A stretch of 50,448 nucleotides of DNA from Longimicrobiales bacterium. GTDB taxonomy: Bacteria > Gemmatimonadota > Gemmatimonadetes > Longimicrobiales > Gaopeijiaceae. This document shows, piece by piece, positions 41,152 through 50,429 of the stretch; positions within the stretch are counted from its first letter, which is position 1, and each line of letters starts with the position of its first letter. Under the pieces are notes generated by a model that saw only the letters and a program-made list of their open reading frames with translations, was not told the origin of the DNA and searched no databases. The DNA lies in NCBI GenBank assembly GCA_046537985.1, contig JBKHJU010000001.1, positions 1 to 50,448 on the forward strand, written 5' to 3'. The translations under genes and the position numbers were made by a program.

Positions 41152-43650
41152 CTAGCTCCTCTCCTCGTGGTCCCTGGCCAGGGAGGCGAACGCCACCCGC
41201 CACCAGGCGTCAAACCGGACCTCCCTGGGGCTCTGCGGCCGAGGCGGAGGCCCGAGCCGGGAGAGGATGGCCGAGGCCACCTGTCCGGCCCCGGGTCCGC
41301 CGCTCCTGGCCCCCGCGGCGGCCAGCGCCCGGTTCGGCACCACGCGCCCGGTCCGCCCGGGAACGAAGAGCTCCGGCCCGGCCTCGCCGACGATGTGGGC
41401 CCTCCCCGCGATCGCGATCCCGCCGTGCTGCAGCCCGGCGATGTCTCCGAGACCGAGCAGCTCCGCCGCCCCGAGCCCCCCGGTGTCGATCCCGAGCGCC
41501 GCCAGGGTGATCTTGAGGGCGACCAGTCGGGCGAGTATACGGGCGATCTCGGCGATGATCCCGGTCGCCAGGTTCCGAAACGCCTCCAGGAGGCCCTGGC
41601 TTCCGGTGACCACCCCGACGAACGCCTCCTCGAAGCTGCGGGAGAACTGCTGCGCCGCGGCCATCCCCACCTGGCCGAGTCGCTGGGTCTCCTCCGTCAG
41701 AACCGAGACCTGCTCCCTGAGTCCCTCCGGGATCCGCAGCGCGAACCGCTCCCGCCCGGCCCGCTCCTCCCCGGCGAGCCCCCCGTCCTCACCCAGGCCG
41801 AAGAACCCGGTGGTGGGTCCCCGTCCGAACGCCTGACCCCCGAGGACGGAGCCGCCGCCGAACGTCCGCTCGGCCAGCGCCCGGAGCTCGGCGAGCTTCC
41901 GGTTGATCGCCGCGAGGGCGGCGTCCGCTCCCTCTCCCACGAAGTCCACGAACCCGGCCACGTAGTCCGTCCCAAACGCCTCCACCGCGGCCTCCGAGAT
42001 CCGCTGCCCGAGGTTCCTTCCCGCCTCGGCTCCCTCCTCCCGCACGTCGTCGTCCTGGAAGATCGAGGTCACGCGCTCGATCAGGCCCGAGAAGAACTCC
42101 AGGCTGCCCTGCCCCACGGCCGCCAGGGACCGGATGATCTGCGGAATGACCCGTGCCGCCGTGTCCCGCATGGTCTCGAAGGCGTCCACCGCCACGTCTC
42201 GCACGAACTCCTCCCACACGATCTTCGCCACCGATCCGAGGAACCGGAAGTGCCCTATGACGGCGTTGACCACTGGACGGGAGATGCGGTCCACGACCCG
42301 GAACGCCTCCGTCGCTCCTGTCACCACCACGTCGAACGTCCGGGCGACCACGTCCCCGATGCCGAACCAGTTCTGCCGGATGGCGAGGGCGCCCGCCGCC
42401 ACCGCGGCGAGGACCGCCGTGACGGGGTTCAGCAGACCGGCCAGGGTGGAGAGGGTGGAGACCATGATCCCCAGCCCCACGAGGGCCGGGCCGACGACCG
42501 CGGCCACCGCCGCGAGCTGGACCCCGAGGTCCAGGGTCGCGGGGGAGACGCCGGCGAGTCGGTCCGAGAGCTCCGAGACGAGCCGGACCAGGGTGGGCAG
42601 CATGCGCTGGCCGATCCGGATGCCGGTCGCCTGGAGCTCCGCCAGCGCGGAGTTGAACCGGAAGCTCGCGGTGTCCGCGGCGACCCCGAACGCCGTCTCC
42701 GCCACCCCGGCGCTGTCCGCCACGCCCCGGAGCACCGAGTCCACGGTGTCGGCGTCCTGGGAGAGCGCGTTCATGACGCCCCGGAAGGCCCGCTGCTCCG
42801 GGAACAACTGCGCCAGCGCGGCCTCGTTGTCCTCGAACGTCTCCTCCAGGAGCCTCATGACCCCGATGAGCCCCTGGGGTCCCCGGGCGATGTCCCGGAG
42901 CGTGGCCAGGCTCAGGCCCGCGTCCTCGAGCATCTCCACCGCCGGGCCGGTGTTCCTCTGGAGGGTGCTCATGAGCCGCTGGAGCGAGGTGGCGGCGGAG
43001 GCCGCGTCCGCACCCGTCCTCGAGAACACCGCCAGTATCCCGGCGACCTGCTGGAACGAGATGCCCATCGCCGAGGCGGTCGGCAGCAGGTTTCCCAGGA
43101 CCGGCGCCAGGCTCTCGGCCTCGAGCTTGCCCTCCCGGACCGCGGCGGTCAGCACGTCCGTCGCCTGGCCGGCGGAGAGGTTTTCCGCGCCGTACGCGTT
43201 CACCGCGGAGGTGACGGCGTCCGCGATCGTGGCGACCGCGCCCAGGCCGGCGGCGCTGGCCTTCGCCGCCTGCTCCAGCACGTCCATGGCCTCGGCTCCA
43301 CGGAACCCGGCGGAGGTCACGAAGAAGAGGCCCCGGGCGAGCTCCTGGGGCGCGGTCCCGAGCCGTGGGGCCATCCGGAGGATGTCCTGACCCCACCGGT
43401 TGACCTGGTCGGAGGCGATCCCCACCAGGCCCTCCACTCGGCTCATCTCCCGCTCGAAGGTCGTGGCGACCTTGGCGGAGGCGCCGCCCACGGCGAGGAG
43501 GGGGGCGGTCAGGGAGAACGTGAGTCGGCGCCCGATCCCCCGCATGCGCTGACCCACCCGGTTGAACGTGCCGAGCGCCCGGTTCATCTGGCGGGAGAAG
43601 TGGGAGGAGTCCCCCCGGAGCTCCACCGTTGCGCTGCCGACCACGGTCAC
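41152..43650 (-). CDS. Tail tape measure protein
   Basis: 832 aa, Ala/Gly-rich and helical. TP901-type core (VTSAGFRGAEAMDVLEQAAKASAAGLG) and conserved C-terminal GEAGPELFVPG motif. Confidence 0.85.
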   Translation of the reverse strand: MTVVGSATVELRGDSSHFSRQMNRALGTFNRVGQRMRGIGRRLTFSLTAPLLAVGGASAKVATTFEREMSRVEGLVGIASDQVNRWGQDILRMAPRLGTAPQELARGLFFVTSAGFRGAEAMDVLEQAAKASAAGLGAVATIADAVTSAVNAYGAENLSAGQATDVLTAAVREGKLEAESLAPVLGNLLPTASAMGISFQQVAGILAVFSRTGADAASAATSLQRLMSTLQRNTGPAVEMLEDAGLSLATLRDIARGPQGLIGVMRLLEETFEDNEAALAQLFPEQRAFRGVMNALSQDADTVDSVLRGVADSAGVAETAFGVAADTASFRFNSALAELQATGIRIGQRMLPTLVRLVSELSDRLAGVSPATLDLGVQLAAVAAVVGPALVGLGIMVSTLSTLAGLLNPVTAVLAAVAAGALAIRQNWFGIGDVVARTFDVVVTGATEAFRVVDRISRPVVNAVIGHFRFLGSVAKIVWEEFVRDVAVDAFETMRDTAARVIPQIIRSLAAVGQGSLEFFSGLIERVTSIFQDDDVREEGAEAGRNLGQRISEAAVEAFGTDYVAGFVDFVGEGADAALAAINRKLAELRALAERTFGGGSVLGGQAFGRGPTTGFFGLGEDGGLAGEERAGRERFALRIPEGLREQVSVLTEETQRLGQVGMAAAQQFSRSFEEAFVGVVTGSQGLLEAFRNLATGIIAEIARILARLVALKITLAALGIDTGGLGAAELLGLGDIAGLQHGGIAIAGRAHIVGEAGPELFVPGRTGRVVPNRALAAAGARSGGPGAGQVASAILSRLGPPPRPQSPREVRFDAWWRVAFASLARDHEERS

Positions 43651-43653
43651 CGT

Positions 43654-44012
43654 TCAGGCCCTCACGTTCTGGTTGATGCTCTGCGCCCACGTCATGAGAC
43701 GCCGGGCGCCCTCTTCTGGGGTGACTTCCTGGACGGAGCCCCTGGGCTCCGAGTCGCCGAGGAAGTCCTCGGGCCGGACCGGTCGTGACCCCTTCTCACG
43801 GTGGATGTTTACGAGGGTCGCGGCGACCAGGGCGTGGTTCAGGAAGTCCTGCCTCCGCCGACCCTCCTCGGCGTCTATCGCCTGGTCGAAAAAGGCCCCC
43901 ACCTCGAGCGGGGTGGAGGCCCAGAACTCCGAGGACGGAAGGCCCAGGACAACGGCCCGGGCCTCCAACTCCACGAGGTCCTCTACACGGCTCTCACCCG
44001 CCCCCCTTTTTC
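43654..44012 (-). CDS. -1 frameshift extension of the tail chaperone (GT-like product)
   Basis: The -1 frame stays open from the A5G6 tract (44001..44012) to 43654. Frame arithmetic fits a -1 slip. Confidence 0.45.
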
Positions 44013-44417
44013 GGCCTCGTCGGCCTCGTCCTTCTCCCGGGGAGACTGAGCCGCCCGGACGCTCGCCTCCTCGAGCGTACCTCCCATGGCCCTCATCATG
44101 GCCGTCCCGACCGCCTCCATGGTCTGCATGTCCACGTTCTCGGCGACCCACTCCTGGGTGATGCGGGGCTCTGGATCCTGCCCGATCCCGAGCCGAGCGA
44201 GCAGGCGCCGCCAGAGCGAGGGCGGGCCGGGATCCTCGTGGCGCAGCCCGAGCCAGATGAGCCAGATGAAGTCGTCCAGGTTCTCCGTCTGGAACTCCTC
44301 GCCCTTGACCATGTTGATCTCGAACCGGTCCTCCACCTCCCGGACGGCGGACATGGGGTAGCGGAGTCGCCGCTCCCGGTCCATCTCGATCGGAACCCCG
44401 CGGTCGGCGCCGGCCAC
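43983..44417 (-). CDS. Tail assembly chaperone (G-like)
   Basis: 144-aa acidic protein between the major tail and tape measure genes. Its 3' end overlaps a -1 frame ORF. Confidence 0.6.
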   Translation of the reverse strand: MAGADRGVPIEMDRERRLRYPMSAVREVEDRFEINMVKGEEFQTENLDDFIWLIWLGLRHEDPGPPSLWRRLLARLGIGQDPEPRITQEWVAENVDMQTMEAVGTAMMRAMGGTLEEASVRAAQSPREKDEADEAEKGGRVRAV

Positions 44418-44420
44418 GAC

Positions 44421-44849
44421 TCAGACCACCGCCACGATCACGCCACCGGTGACCTTGAACTCGAAGGTGACCATCGCGGCCTCGGCCGCGACCTGCGGCA
44501 GCGACTCCTCGATGTTCCTCACCCAGGCGTCGAAGGTGAACGTCCCCACGGTGGAGTCGTCCGTGGCACCGCTCGGGAGGGTGATGGCGACCTCCTTCGT
44601 GTCGCCGTTGTCCTTGGCGGTCCGGAGAGCGGCCTGCCCCGGCTCGCCGATGTACATGCGGCAGTTGAGGGTGAGCGACCCACCGACTTCCTTCCCGGGG
44701 ACGGTTTCCTCCTTCCCTCCGGAGTCGTTGTCCGTGGTCTCGACCTCCTCCACGGTGGAGCCCGAGAGCTCGATGGACTCGATCCCCTCAATGTCCTGCC
44801 CGTCCCAGGTGACCGTGGTCCCGTGGGGCCAGAATGGAATGCCCGCCAT
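44421..44849 (-). CDS. Major tail protein (TP901-1/phi13 family-like tail tube)
   Basis: 142 aa with the characteristic W.G....IESIELSG...D.T...GSLTL.C....GEPGQ pattern. Position before the chaperones. Confidence 0.7.
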   Translation of the reverse strand: MAGIPFWPHGTTVTWDGQDIEGIESIELSGSTVEEVETTDNDSGGKEETVPGKEVGGSLTLNCRMYIGEPGQAALRTAKDNGDTKEVAITLPSGATDDSTVGTFTFDAWVRNIEESLPQVAAEAAMVTFEFKVTGGVIVAVV

Positions 44850-44867
44850 GTCGCTCCTCCTCCGTCG

Positions 44868-45299
44868 TTAGGCCGGCGCCGCCTGAGCGGTCTGGCACCG
44901 GAAGCTGATGCTGAACTCGGGTCTGTTGTTGTCGTCCGCACCCACCTCTATCGGGTCCGAGGTCACCGCCTCGATCCCCCAGTAGCGGGTGCCGTCCATC
45001 GTGACGCCGGTCCTCCCGTGCAGGTGGTCCAGGATCTCCCGCGCCTTCGCCTCCGCCTCGTCGCCCTTCCCGGCCCGGCCCCGGCAGCGCACCTGAACGC
45101 CGGGGTTCCGCGCCGCCGCGGACCCGAGGCCCTGGCTCGTCCCGACCTCCGGGGCGGGCCCTCCGTCCACAGCGATCGTCACCAGCCGGGCCTGCCCGTC
45201 GTGGGGCTGGTGGCGGGTCGAGACCCAGTCCGTGTCGCCGTCCACGATCCCCTGGGCCGCCAGGTACGTCTGGAGGTCGCTCACGAGGCTCGAGCTCAC
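44868..45299 (-). CDS. Tail terminator/completion-like protein (143 aa)
   Basis: Position between the gp10-like and major tail genes. NTGA-coupled. Confidence 0.4.
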   Translation of the reverse strand: MSSSLVSDLQTYLAAQGIVDGDTDWVSTRHQPHDGQARLVTIAVDGGPAPEVGTSQGLGSAAARNPGVQVRCRGRAGKGDEAEAKAREILDHLHGRTGVTMDGTRYWGIEAVTSDPIEVGADDNNRPEFSISFRCQTAQAAPA

Positions 45300-45703
45300 G
45301 CCTGCACCTTCCCGAGGCGGACCAGCTCCTCTCCGACCTCCCTCAGCGCCCGCAGCGGAGCGCCCTCGTCGGAGGCACGCTCCACCCCTCGGACCAGGTA
45401 GCGGGCCTCCCCGAGGCGGTGGCTGAAGTCCGTCCGCTCGTGCTGGACGACGGCGTAGGGCGCCGACGCGCCGCCGAACGTGAGCCGGACCACCCCGTCC
45501 GTGTCGGGCCCGGTCACCCTGCCGGTGTTCCTCAGCGTGCCGCGGTCCACCGGCACGCCCCTCCCGGGCCTGGCGTTTTTCACGTCCGTCACGACGTGCT
45601 CGCCGAGTATCCGGGTGCCGCTGGCCGTCTCAGCCCCCGCCTCGGAGGCCATCCTTTTCAACTTCCGCCGCACGCGGTCGAAGCCCCTGAACCGTACGCT
45701 CAC
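45296..45703 (-). CDS. HK97 gp10-like tail component
   Basis: 135 aa, basic N-terminus (RVRRKLKRM), typical length and position. Confidence 0.5.
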   Translation of the reverse strand: MSVRFRGFDRVRRKLKRMASEAGAETASGTRILGEHVVTDVKNARPGRGVPVDRGTLRNTGRVTGPDTDGVVRLTFGGASAPYAVVQHERTDFSHRLGEARYLVRGVERASDEGAPLRALREVGEELVRLGKVQA

Positions 45704-46062
45704 GGGAGCGCCCGCTCCCCGAGGAGCTCCCGGACCAGGTCCCGGACGTCGCCGACCAGGAAGGCGCCGTCCGCCCCGGAGCCCTCAAGCCCCTCGAAGT
45801 CCTCCCAGGTGAGGACCCTGCCGTCCGCCTCCCGGCGGGAGTCCCTGGCGACCTCGTACGCCCGGTCCGACCCGAAGTCCACGCCCGCGAACCTGGACAG
45901 CTCCGGGTCGTGGTCCTCCGTGGTCCCGAGGTACCGCAGCTTGTGTCGCCTGCGGACCACGTCCGGGTCCCGCCTCCCGGCCACGAGCTCGCCGCCGGAC
46001 GGGACCGTCCGGCCGTCCTCGGTCTCGAACGGCGCCCCCTCGTTCAGCCATCGCATGGTCAC
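45700..46062 (-). CDS. Head-tail adaptor/head closure-like protein (120 aa)
   Basis: Position in the connector block. Confidence 0.4.
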   Translation of the reverse strand: MTMRWLNEGAPFETEDGRTVPSGGELVAGRRDPDVVRRRHKLRYLGTTEDHDPELSRFAGVDFGSDRAYEVARDSRREADGRVLTWEDFEGLEGSGADGAFLVGDVRDLVRELLGERALP

Positions 46063-46069
46063 GGTCGGC

Positions 46070-46408
46070 TCACTCCTCCCGGCAGAGGCACTTGTGGTGG
46101 TCCACCGCCCCCGCCTCGCTCATGATCCGCTTCACCACGTCAGCGGAGACGACCACGAACGCCGTGCCGGAGATCGTGAGCCGCCAGCCCTGCCGGGGCA
46201 GCGCCTCCTGGCCCCCGTCCACGTAGACCGTCCGGGTCGTCACCACGTCCTCCCCGTCGCCGGTTCGGACGAGCTCCTCCCGCTCGAGCACCCTCGCCTC
46301 GATGTCCGTGGAGGAGCCGTACTCCCTTCCGCCCTGCCCGTCCCACCCCGTGGGCGCCTCCGCCCCGATCGTCTCCAGCGGAACGACGCGCTCCAGGATC
46401 CGGCTCAC
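46070..46408 (-). CDS. Head-tail joining protein (112 aa)
   Basis: GTGA-coupled to the connector gene. Confidence 0.45.
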   Translation of the reverse strand: MSRILERVVPLETIGAEAPTGWDGQGGREYGSSTDIEARVLEREELVRTGDGEDVVTTRTVYVDGGQEALPRQGWRLTISGTAFVVVSADVVKRIMSEAGAVDHHKCLCREE

Positions 46409-46803
46409 GAGGAGCTCCCGGGCAGGTCCAGCGTGTCGTCGTAACCCTCCGAGACCCGGAACGTCGCCTTGGGGGCGCCGCCGCTGACGAGCTTGGCCTC
46501 GATGGTCCCCGTGGGGTCCAGGGACGCGGCGGTCCGGAGGTACTCGGAGACCCGAGGGTCCCGCTGGTACGTCTCCGCAACGTCGTCGAGTTGCGCCCGG
46601 GTGAGGCGCGGGTCCCGGAGGGTTATCAGGTGCGCGGCCAGGTACTTCTCGATCGTCTTGAGAAGGTTGGCCGAGAGGGACGTGTACCCTCCCAGGTTCT
46701 CGTTCACCCAGGTGTTGGCGTCCCCTATCAGCGCGCTGACCTGCTCGGTCTTCAGGCTGGTGTCTATGACCAGCTTGACCTCCGCCACGCTGACGCGCGC
46801 CAC
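46405..46803 (-). CDS. gp6-like head-tail connector protein
   Basis: 132 aa; the ANLLKTIEKYLAAHLITLRD segment resembles the gp6 family. Placed after the capsid gene. Confidence 0.55.
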   Translation of the reverse strand: MARVSVAEVKLVIDTSLKTEQVSALIGDANTWVNENLGGYTSLSANLLKTIEKYLAAHLITLRDPRLTRAQLDDVAETYQRDPRVSEYLRTAASLDPTGTIEAKLVSGGAPKATFRVSEGYDDTLDLPGSSS

Positions 46804-47229
46804 CTAGTCCTCCCCGGGCTCGTCGCCCCCCTCCGAGGCGTGCTCACGGCCCTCCCCCTCGCCCCCGCCGTCCGTCTCGCCCCGGGCGTCCGTCTCGGGC
46901 TCCGAGCCGGCCAGCAGGGCCTCCAGGGCGGCCTCCCTCCCCCGGACCTGTCCCACGCCCGGGATGTCGTAGTACCCGCCGCCCTTGTGGTACTGCGTCA
47001 CGTCCGGCAGGTCGGGACCGTCCTCCCCGCCGCCGTCACTCCCCTCCCCGGACGGGCCGGAGGGGGCGGGAGCCCCGCCCCACACCGGCTCGAACTTCTC
47101 CGGGAAGGCCAGACCGTCGATCTCCTCCCGGGTCAGGTGCGCGACCTTCCCCTGACCGACGCGGCGTCCGCTCACCAGCCGGTGCGGCCCGCCGGTGTTC
47201 CTGTGAGGTCCAGGCTTCAGTCCGGCCAT
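46804..47229 (-). CDS. Hypothetical Gly/Asp/Glu-rich protein (141 aa)
   Basis: Fills the gap between the capsid and connector genes, a lambda FI-like position. Confidence 0.35.
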   Translation of the reverse strand: MAGLKPGPHRNTGGPHRLVSGRRVGQGKVAHLTREEIDGLAFPEKFEPVWGGAPAPSGPSGEGSDGGGEDGPDLPDVTQYHKGGGYYDIPGVGQVRGREAALEALLAGSEPETDARGETDGGGEGEGREHASEGGDEPGED

Positions 47230-47286
47230 CTCTGCTACCTCCCGTCAGGGCTCGCCTCTCGGCTCACCCCCGTCTACTCGGTGGGA

Positions 47287-48348
47287 TCAGGGCGCCGAGC
47301 GCAGGTGCACGATCCCGTGGATGGTGGTGTCCTGGTCCGTGGCGTTGCTCTTGATCTGAGGGCCGCCGACGAAGAGGACTCGGAACTTCGTGATGAAGGG
47401 GTTCTTCTCCCACTGGACGGTCGTGATGGCCTGGGCCTCGGTGAGGTCCAGGACGTTCCTGGTCATCTGGACCAGGACCACGTTGTCGTCCGCCAGGGCG
47501 TCGTTGGGACGGACCGCCTCGATGTCCTCGAACGCCATGATCCGCTCCATGACGGTGCGGTTGATGACCGCCCCGCCCGAAGTCTCGTAGTCCGACTGGA
47601 CCTCGGCCCAGTAGTTCTTCGGGACGTACATGACGAACGGCCCGAAGAGGCTGGAGGCGTACGCCTCCGCCAGCATGCGCTCGGTGTCGCCCACCGGGTC
47701 GCCGCTGGCCCCGTCCCAGTCGTCGTTCAGGTCCACCGTCAGGCGGTTGCTCGCCGACGTGAGCCCGGGGATTCCGCCGCCGGTCGGACCGCCCAGCGCG
47801 AGCCCGTTGGTGATGAGGTCCTCGAGACGCCTGGCGACCTTCGCCGCGGCGAGCTCAGCGTTCGTGGTGTCCAGGGGCTCCCCCTTCGTGCGGCTCGCGG
47901 CGAGCTGCCGCCAGTCCACCCGGAAGCCCTTGGCGATCACGGGCACCGGAATGAGGTCGCCCTCGAAGTTCGCGCGGTCCTCCTGGGGAGCCGTGTCGCC
48001 GTCGAAGCTGACCTCGGCGTCCTCGAAGTCCTCCACGCGCTGCGTCCTCCGGGTGACCGTTCCGATGGAGACGGGCTCCACCAGACCGCGATTCCGGAGG
48101 TCCTCCACGATGGTGAGGCGCTCCCGGAGGACGCCGTTCACAATCGAGTCCAGCCGCTCCCACTCGTGCTTGAGCAGGGTGGCGTTGTGAACGTTGATCT
48201 CGGAGTAGGGGTTGGCGTTCGCGGCGAGGACCGGACGCATGTACCGCATGATCCTCCGGTCCCCGAGCCCGGACCCCACGTTGCCGAGCTGGTGGTGGTC
48301 CAGGTCCACCCCGTACGGGTTGATGAGCTGCACGTTCGGGGGAGTCAT
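47287..48348 (-). CDS. Major capsid protein (HK97 fold; lambda gpE-like placement)
   Basis: 353 aa, preceded by a decoration-like gene and the scaffold gene. Acidic. Confidence 0.7.
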   Translation of the reverse strand: MTPPNVQLINPYGVDLDHHQLGNVGSGLGDRRIMRYMRPVLAANANPYSEINVHNATLLKHEWERLDSIVNGVLRERLTIVEDLRNRGLVEPVSIGTVTRRTQRVEDFEDAEVSFDGDTAPQEDRANFEGDLIPVPVIAKGFRVDWRQLAASRTKGEPLDTTNAELAAAKVARRLEDLITNGLALGGPTGGGIPGLTSASNRLTVDLNDDWDGASGDPVGDTERMLAEAYASSLFGPFVMYVPKNYWAEVQSDYETSGGAVINRTVMERIMAFEDIEAVRPNDALADDNVVLVQMTRNVLDLTEAQAITTVQWEKNPFITKFRVLFVGGPQIKSNATDQDTTIHGIVHLRSAP

Positions 48349-48782
48349 CAGGCCACCTCCACGGCGATGCGGACGGCGGAGCCGCCCGTGGTGTTGTTCT
48401 TGTCCTCGGCCGCATAGCCGACGATGCGGTCCGGGTCGCTCCCGGCCGCTGCGTGCAGGGTACCGTCCCCCGCACTGGTGAGCGCCGCGCCCTCGGAGAC
48501 GTTCTCCCCGTAGGCGAGCAGCGCGTTGACTTCCTCCCCGGGGGCGAAGACCGCGTACTGGACGGTCTCTCCCGAGGCGTAGTCATCGTCGATGTCGTCA
48601 CCGACGAGATCGTTCTCCAGCGCGAAGGCGGGTAGGGCGTTCCCGTTGGCGCTGGAGTGCTTCTGGACGTCGTTGGCGCCGCCGCGCTCGATCAGGTGAC
48701 CGGGCGTGACTGCCTCGTCCGTGACCCCCTCCTTCCGGAGCGGGCCGCCCTCTCGACTCTTGAGAATGACGGAGTTCGCCAT
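48348..48782 (-). CDS. Head decoration-like protein (gpD/DUF2190-like, 144 aa)
   Basis: Sits between the scaffold and capsid genes. Ala/Gly-rich. Confidence 0.4.
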   Translation of the reverse strand: MANSVILKSREGGPLRKEGVTDEAVTPGHLIERGGANDVQKHSSANGNALPAFALENDLVGDDIDDDYASGETVQYAVFAPGEEVNALLAYGENVSEGAALTSAGDGTLHAAAGSDPDRIVGYAAEDKNNTTGGSAVRIAVEVA

Positions 48783-48785
48783 GGG

Positions 48786-50429
48786 TCAGTCCTCCTCTCC
48801 GCTGCCGGAGCTCTCCTGGGTGGCGTAGTAGGGCGTCGGGTCCATGAAGGCGTCCTCCGCCTCCTGGTGGGCCTGTACCTTCGGCCCGCCCTTCGGTGCG
48901 TAGGAGACGCCCCGGGACATGGAGTACAGCTTGCGGAGCTCCTCCGTGGGCTTGCCCTCGAGATCCTCCTCCTCGAAGGGGCACCGCTCGTTCTGAGCCA
49001 GGTGGGAGATCATGGACTTCCTCTCCCGCTGGCCCTCCTCGATTGCGGGGGCCAGGTCCTCCCGGAGGTTCTGGACCTCCGAGCGGATCAGGTCCCGCAC
49101 CTCGCCCAGCAGGGCGTTCGCCGCCTCGCCGTCCTCGGCGGTCGGCTGCGGGTCCCCGTCCCCCTTCCCGGAGGGCTCGGTCTCCAGCTCCGTGCCCTCC
49201 TCCAGGTCCAGGTCCTCCGTCGAGTTGGCGACGTGGAGGAGCTCCTCGTCGCTCATCCCGTCCAGCGTCTCCCGCCGGAAGGGGACGGACTCGCACTCGC
49301 AGAGCGAGTTCACCAATTCCTCGCGCCTCATGTTGTCTCCCTCCTCGGGAGTGGGGTTTGTGGCCCGGTACTCGTACCGCGCCTCGATCGTCCTGTCGCC
49401 GTCCTCGTTCTCCACGGGGACGAACTCCACCTCTCTCCGGACCTCCACCCGCTCGGCTACGTCGAGCTCGATCTCGCCGCCCTCCACGGAGTAGGGGACC
49501 CGGAACAGCTTGGCCTCTCCGCCCTGGGGGTCCACCTCATAGACCACCTCGTCCTCCCGGAACCCGCCCTGGGGGATGTGAACCCAGACGCCCTGCCCGC
49601 CGACCAGCGAGTCCAGCGCCTCCTCCACGAGGCGGCGCCGCTCGTCCAGGCTGATGTCGCCGTCCTGGTTCGCCGCCCGGGAGTCCCCGTTCCCGAGGCC
49701 GACCAGGCGCCGGAGCGCGTTGACCGCGGTCCGGAGCAGGTTCTCGGCGTCCTCGTCCTCCTCCCCCTCCCCACCCTCGTCGGCGTAGTGGTCCGCCCGG
49801 AGGGTGTCCACGGTGGACTGGATTCCCTCCGGGTCGGGGAGGTCGGCGTCGCGTGCCCCGCCGGCGGCCGCCGCCGCGGCGTTGAGGGCTCCCTCGTTCA
49901 GGTTGTCGGTCGAGGGGTTCACCACGGGCACCGAGATCAGGTCCGCCTCGGTCTCTGCCTCAACGTCCCCGAGGACCGTGCGGGCGGCGATCGCGGCCCG
50001 GGTGGACTCGGAGAGGTCGGCCACGTCCGAGCCCTCCTCCTCCTCCGTCCCGTAGGCCGAGACGAACGCCTCCAGGGTCGTGTCCACCTCGCCCCACGGC
50101 TGCGCCTCGGCGGTCTCCGTCCCGGAGAACTCGATCTCCGAGGCGGGGCGGGCCGTCTCCCGGCGATTCACCAGGAGTCCACACCCGTCCTCCAGTGAGC
50201 ACGCCCCCTTCCTGTGCTCGGCGAAGAGGGCCAGGTGGTCGAACGCCGCGGGTCGGAGGACCTTGTCGTACTTCCGCCCCTCGAACGTCCCGGACGCACG
50301 TTCCAGGCCCCGGAGCGGGAATCCGGTCGAGAGCTCCACGGGCTCGAGCGCCTCCAGCTTCGTCAGGATGGTCCCCAGGTCGCTCACGTCCTCCACCCGG
50401 GCCGGGTCCAGGTAGACGTCGGCCTTCAC
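48786..50429 (-). CDS. Scaffolding / prohead-processing protein (547 aa, very acidic C-terminal half)
   Basis: Precedes the decoration and capsid genes. Extensive Glu/Asp coiled-coil region. GTG start overlaps the stop of the wrap-around gene. Confidence 0.5.
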   Translation of the reverse strand: MKADVYLDPARVEDVSDLGTILTKLEALEPVELSTGFPLRGLERASGTFEGRKYDKVLRPAAFDHLALFAEHRKGACSLEDGCGLLVNRRETARPASEIEFSGTETAEAQPWGEVDTTLEAFVSAYGTEEEEGSDVADLSESTRAAIAARTVLGDVEAETEADLISVPVVNPSTDNLNEGALNAAAAAAGGARDADLPDPEGIQSTVDTLRADHYADEGGEGEEDEDAENLLRTAVNALRRLVGLGNGDSRAANQDGDISLDERRRLVEEALDSLVGGQGVWVHIPQGGFREDEVVYEVDPQGGEAKLFRVPYSVEGGEIELDVAERVEVRREVEFVPVENEDGDRTIEARYEYRATNPTPEEGDNMRREELVNSLCECESVPFRRETLDGMSDEELLHVANSTEDLDLEEGTELETEPSGKGDGDPQPTAEDGEAANALLGEVRDLIRSEVQNLREDLAPAIEEGQRERKSMISHLAQNERCPFEEEDLEGKPTEELRKLYSMSRGVSYAPKGGPKVQAHQEAEDAFMDPTPYYATQESSGSGEED

